From contig OZ024742.1 in NCBI GenBank assembly GCA_964016885.1, forward strand, positions 267,096,001-267,160,000: 64,000 nt of DNA, in the 5' to 3' direction. Made by a program: the position numbers and the translations under genes. Shown here in pieces: positions 40,015-53,789 of the stretch; position 1 is the first letter of the stretch; the number at the start of each line of letters is the position of its first letter. The DNA is from Eledone cirrhosa (taxonomy: Eukaryota). The notes beneath the pieces are model-generated. The model worked only from the letters and a program-made list of their open reading frames with translations. It did no database searches and was not told the origin of the DNA.

Positions 40015-43000
40015 GGTTGCGAAGACGTGTTTCTGTGAGCTCCGTGATTTGGGTATTTTTCAAGATTTTGCATAGAAATAATTGTTATATTCTTTTGATA
40101 AAGGCTTCATAAGACACTCGTCTTTGCCCCGTGTAAAGGTAACTCCAAAATATTTGGGTCTTTGGACCTAAATATTTGAACTTTGTTTCAAAATATCTTT
40201 TTTGACAAAAAAGGAAGAAAAAAAAAACACGTCGTCGCCACGTTCCCCATCTTTGAAACTGATGTCGTGTGACAATGGTGTAGGTATTGAACTAAATAAC
40301 TACATCATTGTCACACGACATCAGTTTCAAAGATGTGGAACGTGGCGACGACGTGTTTTTTTTTCTTCTTTTTTTGAAACAAAGTTCAAATATTTACGCC
40401 CAAAGGTCCAAATATTTTGGAGTTACCTTTACACAGGGCAAAGACGAGTGTCTTATGAAGCCTTTATCAAAAGAATATAACAATTATTTCTATGCAAAAA
40501 CTTGAAAAATACCCAAATCACGGAGCTCACAAAAACACCCCTAGTGCAAAAATTCAACAATAAAACAAGTCAAGAAAGCAACGATAAGAACATTACCAAC
40601 TACACCAAGAACAAAAACGGTATGATTAACAACAACACCACACCAACTGGAACAACGACAAGAAGACCAAAAACAACAACGACAACACCAACAACATCAC
40701 CGTCAACAATGTGACCAGGAACAGTAATACAGAAAAAAACAAAAACACGTTCGCTGCCGCAGCAGATTAAATAAACCAAGCTCTAGCATGGCCCTTATCC
40801 AAAAGGAGTATAGGTTGGCCCAGGCATGGAAGCTCATTAAGAAAATCTGGGTCAAATTAACCATCGGACAGAGGCCATAGAAGCAGTGTAGAGGAGAAAT
40901 GTGGTCTTTAGATACATCTCAGTGGAGACTAAGATAGCGACCAACACTCCCCAAGCAAAAGTCAAAGCTGCATGGAGGTTCATCAGAGATGACACCGAAT
41001 TCATAGTGAGATGCAGACTATACGGCACCATCCCGGTACTTTTTAAAGCAGAAGCCCTCACTGTGAAACACTCAGTGACCCCATTGAAAAACCAGCACGG
41101 TTATTATGTACCTTTCCCACAAAGGAAAAAAGAACTGTAAGAGTCCGCATTCCCAGGATTCCACCAGAACTAGACTTGTAGTGACTTGTGGGATGCGTGA
41201 TTGTGGAGGGGGAATCACAAAAATGCAAGGGATCGTAAGCCTCCACTGCTGCCGATACCAGAGTGAGTACCACCACCAACGCCAGCACTAGCAACACCAC
41301 CAGCAGCAATACAAGCGGAATCGCTACCACTAAATTTGGCCACCCAGGAAAAAACGAGGAAAGTTCTCCCATTCCCACCCCCACCCAAAATACGCACATT
41401 GACACAAACAGACACACACACAGCCTAACTTAGTCGGCTTGGAATAAGAGAGTAAGAGTGGCAGTGCTGTTTAGGAAAGACCTGGATTTGAGTTGGTGCT
41501 CGTGTACGTGAGCAATGACTAGTGGCCCTTTACGGCCGAATTACTTTAGGCGCTCGGAGGCCTATCTGGGAAAGTCTCGCCTTTTAACGTTAGTGATGAC
41601 TGGAACGGCATCTTAAACGCATGCTGGGATTGTGATCGGAGCGGAGTGAGGGGTGTTGAGCAAAACATTCAAGGACCTGATCAGACAGTTCCAATTGCCT
41701 GACTGGAACCGATTAGATTTCCCTACTGTGCCAGTGTTGGACTGGACCAATCGCACAGGGTCATCTAGATCGAATATGTATATGATTTTATTTTTATTAG
41801 GTGAGTAGATAAGGAAAGTATAGGTTGTTCAGACTCTAATTTTCGCCTATTTAGATCACAAACTTCTGCATTATCGACGTAGATAGACCTTATAGGCTAG
41901 AACCTGATTATTGGAAGCCAAAAACGTCATTCCCGGCGCACAAATCTTACAGGGATAGGCTCACCCCTTTAGTTAAGAGCAAGTTGACAATGGGTGGGGT
42001 CGTCAAGAACAGGTTGGGGTTGCTCCCAAGAGAGATATTAGTCTAGTTTCAATAGGTTTTCAAGAAGAAGCGTTAGAAAAAATAGAAAGTAGGGGAGCTC
42101 GTATTTAAATTAGATGAGGCTGTTTAAAATGTCATTTCAACTAACGTGCTAGAGGCGAAAAAGGTTGAGACAATGTCTTCAATGCGAAACACGAAGGCTG
42201 CATCGTCAAAGCTAAGGCCCATGCTCAAAGAAACGAGGGAACAAAAGCTGTTCGATGGGCCCGTGTTACGGAGGTGCCGCGTGGTAATAAAACCACGATT
42301 CGGTCATTGACAGACTGAGACAAAGTCCTGCTGAACGATTCCAGGAAGATGTGGTCGGGGAGGCCGTGGGTCGGAGACTGTGGAATAGTTCACTTCCTAT
42401 CTCGACTGCCTCCTGCGACTCTCCCCAGCCCACGCTGGGTGATGTGAAAAACCGATAACATCAGCTGAAATTCAGGATGCCATGCTCGAGTGCACGAGGC
42501 GTAATTCACCTGATTGAATGGTTTGCCCTACGAGTTTTACGTAGTAAGCGAGGTTTGTTTGCCGATCTGCTTGAAGCGGTCTACTGCAATTGGCAGCGGA
42601 ACGGGAGTATACGCAGATCTGCCAGCCGGTTCGTAGTAACGCTGATGAAGAAAGACGAAAAAAGAGGGATACGTTTGACCCATAACACTGTTAAGCCCAG
42701 ATTTTAAGATTTTGTTCAATATATTAGCAAAAAGGCTGGGGCGTGTTGTCTAGGTAGAGAAGGCACAAACATACGCAATCCCGACCAGGTCTATACATGA
42801 CAACCTCCACATCGTGTCATACAACATGGAGAGTGTAGGTTGTAAAAATAGCTTCGGTCGGGTTATGATCAATTTATAAAGGCCTTTATCTGTATATGTG
42901 GACAGCATCACAGAGAGGTATCGAAAACCTTGGAAAGGTTGACGGGAGCAAATTTGAAACCGGAAAAGTCGGTCGGGCTCTGGACGGACTGACCGCTGAC

Positions 43001-44200
43001 GTTGCTCGGTGTCTGTTTCGGACCAGACATCCAGGTGGCAAAGAGCTGGGACGAGGTAACGAGCAGAATGGCCACTCTCACCCAGAAATGGGCCGAGCGG
43101 TAGCTTTCTCGGTAGCTTTCTCTGAAAGGTCGAGCGTATGAGGCAAACACATACATCGATTCCTTCATCTACTACCACCTGACCGTCATGCCATGCCACA
43201 GTTGGCACCTCACCAAATTCTAATGTCTGCTCTTCAATTTTTTGTGGAAGGGACATGTTCCATTGGTGAGTCGGTCTATCTGCTGCTATCACCCAACACG
43301 TGGAGGGCTGGACATGCCGTGGCTTATGATGAGCAACGATGGGCTGGTATCTTCATATATTCTTAAACGGTGAACAGGTGTGGTCAGCGTTTGCGAGACA
43401 AGCCTTTCCGAAGCCCGTCTATTTGACTGAGCTGCAGCCCAGGTATATGAAGAGACAGAGACTGGGCGCCTGACATCTGAAATGTTGCCAGGCACTCACC
43501 GCCAGGCGAGCGACGTGGAATTTCCATTCTGGAGTTCTATAAACGATTAATGGTGGGCAAGTGCGACGATGCTCTTGGAGAAGTGCTGGGTGTCAATCAA
43601 ATCGAACTGACCAGTCTGCTCCGGGGGACCTTTCGAGCCGTGGACTATGGATAACTTCCAGAATTCCCTACTGGGAGGAACTTCTGGTTAGAGATAAATT
43701 CTACAGGCACGAAAGTGCGGTCAAACGGAACTGCCCGAGATTCTCGCAGAACTATGAAACCGTTCTCCCCGCACGTGTATAGTGTCTGCGCATTGCTGAC
43801 TCTTGGAGTTATGTCGAACAGCTATTATCGTTTGTGAGTTGCATCCGGCTATTAACCAAATCGTTAGTGAGCATCGTCCCACCGACTTCATTTGGCTGGA
43901 GGGCGTAGCGAAAGAGGTTGAATGGTGGACGGGGATGAAACGAGTGAAGAAATACTTTTCTCTTCGGCCAATCCTTCATCAACCTTTTCATGTTCCACTT
44001 GGAAAGGAAGGTGAGGGAGAAGAGGGAAGTGCTCCCTCCAGTACATTTGTTAAAATGTGGGTACTCCTATTGGGGAATTATTTTTGTTGTAATTCTTTAG
44101 TTTATTGCTATCGTATTTTATAATGTTTACTCGATTTAAAAAAAATACCCACTGTCCTTGTCTTTTCTATTGCCCCGTATAGGTGTGGCCCTTTTGGCCC
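40015..44200 (+). mobile_element. Second, more degenerate and internally deleted Tx1-like LINE with a 5' hairpin
   Basis: DNA similarity to copy 1 (e.g. AATGC.AA.CACGAAGGCTGC, CTGGGACGAGGT.ACGAGCAG, CTCTCACCCAGAAATGGGC); bounded by ATT repeats. Confidence 0.8.
40027..40538. repeat. ~250-bp-arm inverted repeat with 16-nt loop
   Basis: 40027-40283 is the reverse complement of 40300-40538 with few mismatches and one indel. Confidence 0.9.
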
Positions 44201-44299
44201 TTATTATTATTAGTATTTGAAACGTCCAATGAATTCTGCTTCTTTCCATTATCATGCCGAATATCAACTTGACACCTGAAGCTAATTATTATTATCATT

Positions 44300-44780
44300 C
44301 GGGTTGTGGATTGGCAATATTTGTAGTGTCAGACACCCTACTTCGCAGTATAGAGTCACCTTCCTTCATGTTTTGAATTCAAATCCCGCCGAGGTTAGCT
44401 TCGCCTTTCATCTTTATGGAGTCGATAAAATATAACACCAGTAATGCACTAGGGTCGATTTAATGGACTTGCTCCTCGCCTCAAAATTGTTGGCCTTGTG
44501 CCGAAATCAGTAACCATTATTATAATAATACACACACACACATACACACACACACAGATATATATATAACTGAATTAATGGATCGCTAAGCAAACTGTCT
44601 TAGTATTTAGTAACTTCTATGCTCTTAGCATTAGTAGCGCCAAGGTCGACTTTACCTTTTGTTTCCTCTTCCTGAAGTAGATACAATAAGTATCAATCAA
44701 GTGCATGAGTCGATCTAATCAACTATGTAACCTCCCCTCACCTTTATATTTTGTGGCATCGTGCCGAGGATAGAAATCAA
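44300..44780 (+). mobile_element. Two tRNA-derived SINE copies (44300-44522, ~44570-44780)
   Basis: AATTCAAATCCCGCCGAGGT..CCTTTCATC..GTCGATAAAAT..GGCCTTGTGCCG. Confidence 0.7.
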
Positions 44781-45619
44781 TATTTGTGTAACATCACATT
44801 TAATCAATGTATCATCAATTAGTATGCAGGGAATATGGCCAGGTTTTGTAGAAATTATTACATGCCATGACGAGTTATCATTTTCTTCTTCAACAGGCTT
44901 CAATCAGCCTTTACTTAATCAGCAGCTGATCTTTGCAAGCGGAACTACACAAGTTTCTCAAACATTATTCGGTTTTACTTACTATGCAGCTGTTGTGTGT
45001 TTGTTAAGCATATTGAATGTTGGGTATTTAAGGGACAGTAACCTCACACAGCAATGACATCTCTTTTAAAATAAAATTTAAAAGATTTGAAAACGTTTAT
45101 GTCATTATCAATTTATTGAATTGTTTCAACATATGAATATCTTTGTTCAAATACTATGATAAAAACTAGAGTAGTCTTCGAAACAATGACCGAAAAAAAA
45201 AAGGTTATATAATTATTAGAGAGAGATTGTCATTCTTGCTTGCAGAAATTCTAGGTTGCGATAGTAGTGTGAAGGACAGATGCCTCTCTTGTAGCTTAAG
45301 TAAAAATAATAAATAAACTTAAATATTTTATATGATTGAATTGAATTGAAATGCATATATTTCCCATATATACAGCATGGGTTGAACAAGGATTGATGTG
45401 AAAATATTTTACATTACCGACAGGCAATTCATTGATCGATAACTTTAGATTTGGAAATGTAATATTTTGAAATTCTGTATCTAGGTTTTCGTCAGTGTAA
45501 TCTAATCCAATGGAGTAAACCTGGGAAACTGAATCGAATACTTTTGCAACAGAGTAGATACTACTAATTGCACCCCAAAAATTGAGAACAGGAAAGGTGC
45601 ATTCAATGGATCTTGATAT

Positions 45620-45760
45620 GGTTTCTATTCACAGAATTTCACTCGCATAGCGTTATTTCAACCAAGGTAACGATAGAACACACTGTCTCAAAGTTCTGCG
45701 CAGTGGAACAGAAACGGAATCGACGGAAATGCAGATATCCATGGTTGCGTCCATAATTGA
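45620..45760 (-). mobile_element. Degenerate SINE of a second family (tentative)
   Basis: ATAGAACACACTGTCTCAAAGTTCTGCGCAGTGGAACAGAAAC resembles a reverse-oriented tRNA-like head. Confidence 0.35.
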
Positions 45761-46436
45761 AGCAATGATTATAAAAATATGCAGACTGGAGATTTTACAG
45801 TTCACTGCAAGTCATCGAGCTTAACGATCACACTACGATTCTAGAATGTGGATTTTGAAGATCACACACTAACCAAAGAGCAATAGAGCTTGAAGTCAAT
45901 TGCTAAATTCATCGGCTAAACTGGTGGAAATATATTTAAGAATAATTTTCTTCCTAATCCCGTTAAGAAGATTTAGAATAAGTTTATATCTCTAGATAGG
46001 AAACATCCAAATAAATGGAAGCAAAGAAATACATTATTGCTTTATTCAGGAAAATATTTCAATATAGTTAGTATTCTGGCTAAAACATACATAAAGAAAC
46101 ATCGCTACTGCATTCATAGCAGACCATGGATTTCTTATATTTGGTTACAATACGTATATATATATCATTCAGCTATACTTTCTAAGTATCTACCTCAGTA
46201 TTCCGCTTGCATCATTTACAAAACCAAATTCTACATTTCTTCCTTCCGCCACCACAGAAGCATCCCTGATTGATTTCACAATACGATGCAGCTGTTGTGA
46301 CACACGAATTACAGTTAGGTTTTCTGATAAAGCTAATCCTTTGTATCGTAATCTATAGCATTATTTGCATTTGAAGATAGATTTTCAAATGATGTTAATG
46401 AAGATGACGGTGACGATGATGATTGTTATTTTTATT

Positions 46437-48190
46437 ACACGACAACCTCTACCCCATATATCATGGAGAGAGACAAAGAATGGTATAAACAAGGTTTCGA
46501 TGGGATCTGGTCAACTTTGATCAATCGAAAGCTTTCGATAGGGTCGACCACCAATACCTGCAGGCTGTCCTCAAGGCAGTTGGGTTCGCTCCCGCCTTCA
46601 GAGGCAGGATCACTGCAATGCACAGCGGCACCTGCCTGGTGGTCAAAGTAAATGGCCATCTTTCGAAACCGGTTCAGTTCTTCCGATCGGTACGTTAAGG
46701 GTGCACTCACTCCTCCCTTCTGTACGATTTGACTATTGAGCCATTCCTGCGGAAACTGGAGCTGTTGCAGAGCATCCCGCTCGAACAGGGACGTTGAAAG
46801 GTTTCTTCGGTATATGTGGACGGCATGACCGTGATGATGTAGAACACCTTGGAAATCGAGATTGGTGGCACCTATTGAAGGGAAATGAACGGCTGAAGAG
46901 AGTAAAACTGAACCCGAAACAGTCGGTGGACTTGCATCTCGGCACCTGGAGAGGCAAGTACCTGCCGTTCAACAGGTTCGTAGGGCGCACGACGGTCGGA
47001 CCGGCAACGTTGCTCAGGATCTGTTTGGAATCAGACTTACTGGTGGATAAGAATTGGAAGGAAGTAACGGACAGTGTAGCCACTCTAACCCAGAAATGGG
47101 CCAAGAGTAAGCCGTCTCTGAAAGGTCGGACGAAGGTCACGAATGCCTACATCTCGTCCGTCATCTATTACCGCCTGAGCGTCGTACAGTGCTCCCGGCG
47201 CGCCTCGCCAAATTGGAACGACTGTGAACTGGTGTGATCACCTTTTGTGAAACAGGCTTTTCCGAGGCTCGTCTCTTTCACTGAGTTGCAGCCCTGGGAC
47301 AAGACGAGACCGAGACTGACCGCTTGGCATCTGGATCGCACGCCCTTCTATCAGGCCGGCAACGAGGTCAGTGGAACTTCCATTCACGATGTCCATAGAT
47401 GGTTAGTTGAGGGCAAGTGAGACGAGGCATGTAGAGAGTCTCTGAAGTCGAACTGACCAATTGGTACAGGAGGACTTTCGAGACGTGGATTATGGATAAC
47501 TTTAAGAAATCCTTCGCTAGGCTGTGCTACTGTGGAAACATTGCCGTTTCGAGATAATCTCTTCAGACACGGAAGTGTTGTCAGACGGACCTGCCCGAGA
47601 TGCACGCAGAGCGATGAAACCGTTCTGCACGCACTCGTCCAGTGTCCGTACATTACTAACTTGTGGAGTTATATGGAACCGCTGTTATAAGGTGTATAAC
47701 GGATCCGGCTATCAACCGAGTCCTTGGTGAACATCACCCCATCGCTTTTTATTGGCCGGAAAGGGCTGGCAATTTTCCTGTCTGCTGGCGGTAGTGAAAA
47801 AAGTTGTGTGGTGGACCAACTTGAAAGGACTGAAGACAGATACTTTTCTCTTCGGCCAATCCCTCATCGACGATTTCAAGTTTCCCTTGGAAAGGAAGTT
47901 GTGTGTGAACAGAGAAGTTAACTCTGAACATGTACTTGTAGGCTGGCTAATTTGAGGAGGAGAAGGGTGCCCTTCTCTGGTGACATCGAGGCATCTGCTG
48001 GTTCATGATTGGTGGTGCAAGTCGATCCTGCGTGGTTATCCGCCTTATTGGGGAATTTTCATTGTTCTATTTCTCTTGTTTATTGTTATTGTTTTTTTAT
48101 ATTGTTTACTTGATTTTTTTGTAACCCCAAGTTGTCACCGTCTATTGTATTGTCTCCTATATGTCAGTCCTTGAGGCCAACAAATGAAAC
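46437..48190 (+). mobile_element. Third, 5'-truncated Tx1-like LINE copy
   Basis: Starts at HDNL; DKNWKEVT..LTQKWA..SLKGR..VIYYRL; CPRC..ET; ends before ATT repeats. Confidence 0.8.
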
Positions 48191-48313
48191 AATTATTATT
48201 ATTTGTATTATTATGATTATAATTATTATTATTTGAAACATACTTTGAATTCTGTTTCTTGCCATTATCATGCCGAATGTTAACCTGGCACCTGAGGAAA
48301 ATTATTATTATTA

Positions 48314-48540
48314 GGGCGGTGGATTAGTAGAATCGGTAGAGCGTTAGCTAATCTATTTTTCGAAATAAAGTTCTGGCCTATTACCTTTTGATTTCAAACC
48401 ATGCCGAAGTTAGCTTTGCCTTTCATCCTTACGGGTTCGATAAAATAAAGTACCAGTATCGCACAGGCATCGATTTAATCGACTTTTGCCTACCCCAAAA
48501 TTGTTGGACTTGTGCCTATATGGGAATTATTATTATTGTT
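48314..48540 (+). mobile_element. tRNA-derived SINE
   Basis: GGGCGGTGGATTAGTAGAATCGGTAGAGCG head (A box), GATTTCAAACC B-box-like, shared core and tail. Confidence 0.75.
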
Positions 48541-48545
48541 ATTAC

Positions 48546-50172
48546 TCTTTGAGTCTCAGTCATTGATGTTAGTTAACTGGAAAGTTTGTTGAGATGAAGA
48601 TCAAGCCACTACCTGCAGCCTCAGATATTCAGGACGTATCGGAGGGTTCTTGCTGTTCCCAGCAAGCATGCATTTTGAAGCGTTCCAAAAAGCGTGAAGG
48701 GGCCAATTTTCTTGAAACATCTCTGGAAACCTTTTGAGATAGTCCCTAGTGCGCCTATGACAATCGGGATCACTTTGACTTCATGGCAGTTCCAAATCCT
48801 TTTTACCTCCCACTTTAAGTCCTGGTATCGGTTAATTTTCTCCCTCTCCTTCTCTTGCACTCTCGTGTCGAATGGGCAGGCCACATCCACAATCAGGCAC
48901 GATCTTTTTTCTTTGTCCAAAACCACCAGGTCAGGTCTATTGTGTTCCAGTTTCTTATCCGTCTGTATCCTAAAATCCCACAGCACCCTCACCTGATCGT
49001 TTTCTATCACCGCCTCTGGCTTATGCTCTACCACTTCTCAGAATGTGGTAAATTGTTTACTTTGCATAGGTGACAGTGGATCACCCTGCCCATCACATCA
49101 TGTCTCCAGCCCTTATAGTGAGTCTGGGCTAGGTGTTTACACTCGGATACAATGTGAGCCACAGTCTCCTCTCTCTCTCCATAGATCCTGCACAGTGGGC
49201 TAGCCTCCTCCTTGTAAATGTTGTGTTTCAACCACTTCGTTTTGAGGGCCTGCTCCTGCGCAGCCATTAACATTCCTTCTGTAGCCTTATTAAGGTCTCC
49301 TCTTTTCAACCAGTTCCATGTCTGTGGATCTCTAAATTCAGTTTTCTCAAAGAAGGTACTATGAAGGGATTTTTCCTGAAGGCTGCTCTTTCTCCTTGAT
49401 GTTATTTTCTCCTTGGACATCCCCTGGCCTAGTGTCCCCTCCTTCAGTACAGCATTGGCTCCTTACTATCAGTCACGTATTTGTATAGGTTGTTTTTCTC
49501 CATCTGAACACAGTCCTCTATGCTGATAAGACCTCTTCCACCCTCAGATATACTTAAGTAGAGTCTATCGACATCACTCCTCTTGTGGAACATATTGTAG
49601 ATAGTCAATAGCTTCCTAGTCTTCCTATCCATTTCTTTTTGTTCAGCAACATTCCATCTCAGAATTCCCGCACTGTACCTAATAATAGACACAGCTCGGG
49701 AATTTACTGCACTTATGGCATTCCTACTGTTCAGATATGACTTTAATACGCTCCTTACTCTCCGAATGTATTCACTTCTTATCAATTCCTTCATTTTTTT
49801 TTCTTGATGTCATCAGCCTCCAGAACGCCCAAATACTTGTATCCTTCTTCAGAGTCAATTTCTTTTATCATCTCACCTGTTGGTATCTGGATTCCGTTAC
49901 TTTTGCTCAACTTACGCCTCCTCATCACAATGACTCCACACTTACTAATACCAAATTGCATACATATATCATTGCTGAAAATACGGACAGTGTCAACAAG
50001 CACATCCAACTCCTTCTCACTCTTCCCGAAGAGGATGTGATTGATGGTAAGCCCTCCCTTTCCCAACCTGTATCCTGCTCTCACTTTTCGCAGTACACTG
50101 GTCAGGGGCATCAGGGCAAGGACAAACAACAGAGGGGACAGACTATCTCTCTGGAAGATACCTCTCTTGATC

Positions 50173-50174
<2 letters not shown>
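48546..50174 (-). mobile_element. 5'-truncated second copy of the R4/Dong element, between (TTA)n tracts
   Basis: Highly similar to 28156-29826; (TTA)n at 48527-48545 and 50175-50223. Confidence 0.92.
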
Positions 50175-50225
<51 letters not shown>

Positions 50226-50229
50226 AACA

Positions 50230-50700
50230 AAGCACCAGCAATGCAGGGGGATAATTGCTGGCCTAGTGCCAAGAGTAGAAACAATTATTATTATTAAAAA
50301 TAGACGTTATGGTGGTGGATATCAGAATCGCTGGAACGTCGGATAAAATGCTTTTAGGGATTTGATTCTGCTATTTAAATTCTGAGCTGAAATACTGTCG
50401 AGGTCACCTTTTCCTTTCATTCTTCCAGGATCCATAAAATAAAGTATTGGGTTTTATATAATTGACTCATCTCTATGTATTGTGCATTGATGGGAAATCC
50501 TTATGTTATGAAAGCGGCGCATTGGAAGAATGTTTAGAGCGTGGGAGAGAATACTTTGCAGTATTTAATTACGACTTTCTACATTCTGATTTCAAATACT
50601 GCCGAAGTTGATTTGCTTCTAATTCTCCAGGGTTCTATAAAATAAAGCGTCCGCAAAGAACTGATGGCTTTGCGCCTAAATTAGAAATCATTGTTATTAG
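50230..50700 (+). mobile_element. Cluster of SINE fragments (50230-50295, 50310-50470, 50514-50700)
   Basis: Same SINE head, core and tail motifs. Confidence 0.6.
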
Positions 50701-51384
50701 TCAATGTGGATAGAAAAAATATTATGGCGATAGCGAGAATGATGAGGTTTAAAAAAATGATGATGATGATAATGATGTTAATTTTGTTAATGATGAGGAT
50801 GACGACAATGTTTAAAACGAAATTGAGAATGCGGATTATTACGAAGATAACAAGAAAGGCGACTACATTGATGATAATGATACTATTTCTGCTGACAACG
50901 ATGATGACGGTGTTGATGTTAATGTCTATAAGAAATCAATATTTCTGTTACCATAGGTTGAAAGGTGACAGACAAGTGGAATATATCAAGGATAAATTAC
51001 AAATATAGAGGTCGGATTAGAGAATGGTGTTTGAGGAAACATGCATGGAAAAAGACAAAACAAAAACGTTTAATCACAAATGGGGAAATGAAAGAAAATC
51101 GCATTCAACTGGGCCCTATTAGCGAACCCTAGTGATAACAGATTTCTTTTTACGTTGAGAGTAAATGGGTAAATGCTCTCTCTAAGCTAAGTTCGGTTAT
51201 AGGGGTACACTGAGTACGTTCATACACGTGTGCTATAAAAACTACGTTCACCTACTTTCAGCAAATATACTGGAGGAAATGGAGAGAGAGAAATAGTGAG
51301 AGTGAGAGGGCTAGGGAGAGAGAGAAAGAGATAGAGAAAGTCAGAGTGAGAGAGACAGACAGACAGAGACAGCGACAGAGAGAC

Positions 51385-51453
<69 letters not shown>

Positions 51454-51770
51454 AATGTAATCGCCTCCATAAGCTTTCTCTGTGCGTCGTACTTGAAGAA
51501 ATCGTCGAAGGATTGTCTAAAGAGGACATTGTTTATCCCTAGTAATGTTACTGTCACTCGCCGTAAATATTACAAATGCCAAAGTACCAAGCACGATCAA
51601 TGCATGACCTAGGACTTCATATTGCTCAATGATTAAGCTGGAGAAAAATGCTGAAATGGTGTCTACGGTTGTTCCCAGTCGGTGTTGTCACAGGAATTCT
51701 TTTACTACATTTATTTGCAGGGAACAACCTATGCATATACACACACACACTCTCTTTCTCTCTCTCTCAC

Positions 51771-51837
<67 letters not shown>

Positions 51838-51869
51838 AGTAGAAGGGATATTTTGTTGGTAATTCAACA

Positions 51870-52208
51870 AATATACATGTTTATAACTGATTCAAAGCAC
51901 TCTACTGGTTTTGTGGAGTATAATATACAATGATATTAAATAAATGGAAACTATATCTATAAAACCATATTTATTCTATTATATATATTTCAAGGGTACC
52001 AACATTTTGGTACGCTATCATCAGATAAAATACGAGTTATCCAAGGATAACTTGAACCGTTAAGTTATATTCTCCTAGGTTATGTCAAAATTTATAAAAT
52101 ACATTTCATATTTTATCTGATGATAGCGTACCAAAATGCTGGTACTCTTGATATATATATAATAGAATATATATGGTTTTATAAATATAGTTTCCATTTA
52201 TTTAATAT

Positions 52209-52215
<7 letters not shown>
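51870..52215. mobile_element. Short inverted-repeat HHR element related to the 3' end of the 8.8-11.8 kb PLE
   Basis: HHR 51973-52031 (-) ATTTTAT-CTGATGA-TAGCGTACCA..TGGTACCCTT-GAAA-TATATA-TA-ATAGAAT; mirror 52110-52168 has GAAA>GATA. Confidence 0.8.
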
Positions 52216-52302
<87 letters not shown>

Positions 52303-52451
52303 CCAAATATTAATATGGTTCGTTGATTAATCAACGAATACAATTTTACAATAGATTCGAAGCACTCGACAGTTATTTTCCTGGAGTATTTAATATTATT
52401 CAAAATGTTAATAACTGAAAAATATTCTCATAATCAAAATATATATTTTAT

Positions 52452-52487
<36 letters not shown>

Positions 52488-52512
52488 CAAGTATGCATAC
52501 GTACAAACACAC

Positions 52513-52641
<129 letters not shown>

Positions 52642-52693
52642 AAATGGAGTGCTGCGTGGTTGAACATGGGTTACATATGAATAAAATTAGTCC

Positions 52694-52750
52694 TTCATCA
52701 GTTATCTTCCAACTTTCATTGGTATTTCATCGCTTTAAAAATCATATACC
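52694..52750 (-). ncRNA. Permuted hammerhead, family P1 copy 3
   Basis: GGTA-TA-TGATTTT-TAAAGCGAT-GAAA-TACC-AATGAAAGTTGG-AAGATAA-CTGATGA-A. Confidence 0.6.
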
Positions 52751-52772
52751 TCTGTTTGGTGCGAGCAATAAC

Positions 52773-52852
<80 letters not shown>

Positions 52853-52896
52853 TATAGATATATATATTTATATAATATATATAATATATATAATAT

Positions 52897-52936
<40 letters not shown>

Positions 52937-53001
52937 ATATATATAATATATATAAAATATATATATATATATAATATATATATATATATATAATATATAT
53001 A

Positions 53002-53142
<141 letters not shown>

Positions 53143-53149
53143 ATACACA

Positions 53150-53610
53150 TACATATATATATACATATGTACGTACGGGTTATATTGAATATTAATAATA
53201 ATATTCGATTCGTTTGTAAACAAATCGCCTGATTAAAGCTGTGCCGTGCCGATGACTAATTGGACCGTTGTTTATAAACGAATAAAACATTATTATTAAT
53301 GTTCGATATAACCCATACGTACATATGTATGTGTATATATAGGTATATATGTAAATATATATACATATACATATGTACGTAATGTACGTATGGTTTATAT
53401 CGAACATTAATAATTGTTTCTAATTTTGGCACAAGGCAGGCACACATCCAGTGCATTACTGGTACTTTATTTTATCGATCCCGTAAGGATGAAAGACAAA
53501 GTTAACCTCGATAATGTTTTATTCGTTTGTAAACAACGGCCCGATTAAAGGTGTGCCGTGCCGAAGACAAATCGCCATCTGTTTGCTCAACACTGCCATT
53601 GGGGAACTAT
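53150..53610 (-). mobile_element. Octamer-family 3' fragments in inverted arrangement, interrupted by a SINE (53405-53510)
   Basis: Similar to 17865-17990 and 18330-18460; SINE core on - strand. Confidence 0.65.
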
Positions 53611-53726
53611 ATATATATATATATCAAGTAAGTATGTTTTTTGAAACAGTGAGCAGGTTTGAAATTAGAAAATAGAATAGCTTTCACCGTAATTTTGACT
53701 AAAGGAATTTTATCCTGATAATGGGG

Positions 53727-53789
<63 letters not shown>

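Noticed and set aside
44761-45057. 98-aa ORF with an acceptor-like site at ~44896
   Set aside because: No recognisable domain, start lies in a SINE, no convincing donor site
48314-48400. tRNA gene
   Set aside because: A- and B-box-like motifs belong to SINE heads; no cloverleaf
50691-51008. Met-rich 105-aa ORF
   Set aside because: Degenerate (ATG/GAT)n trinucleotide repeat
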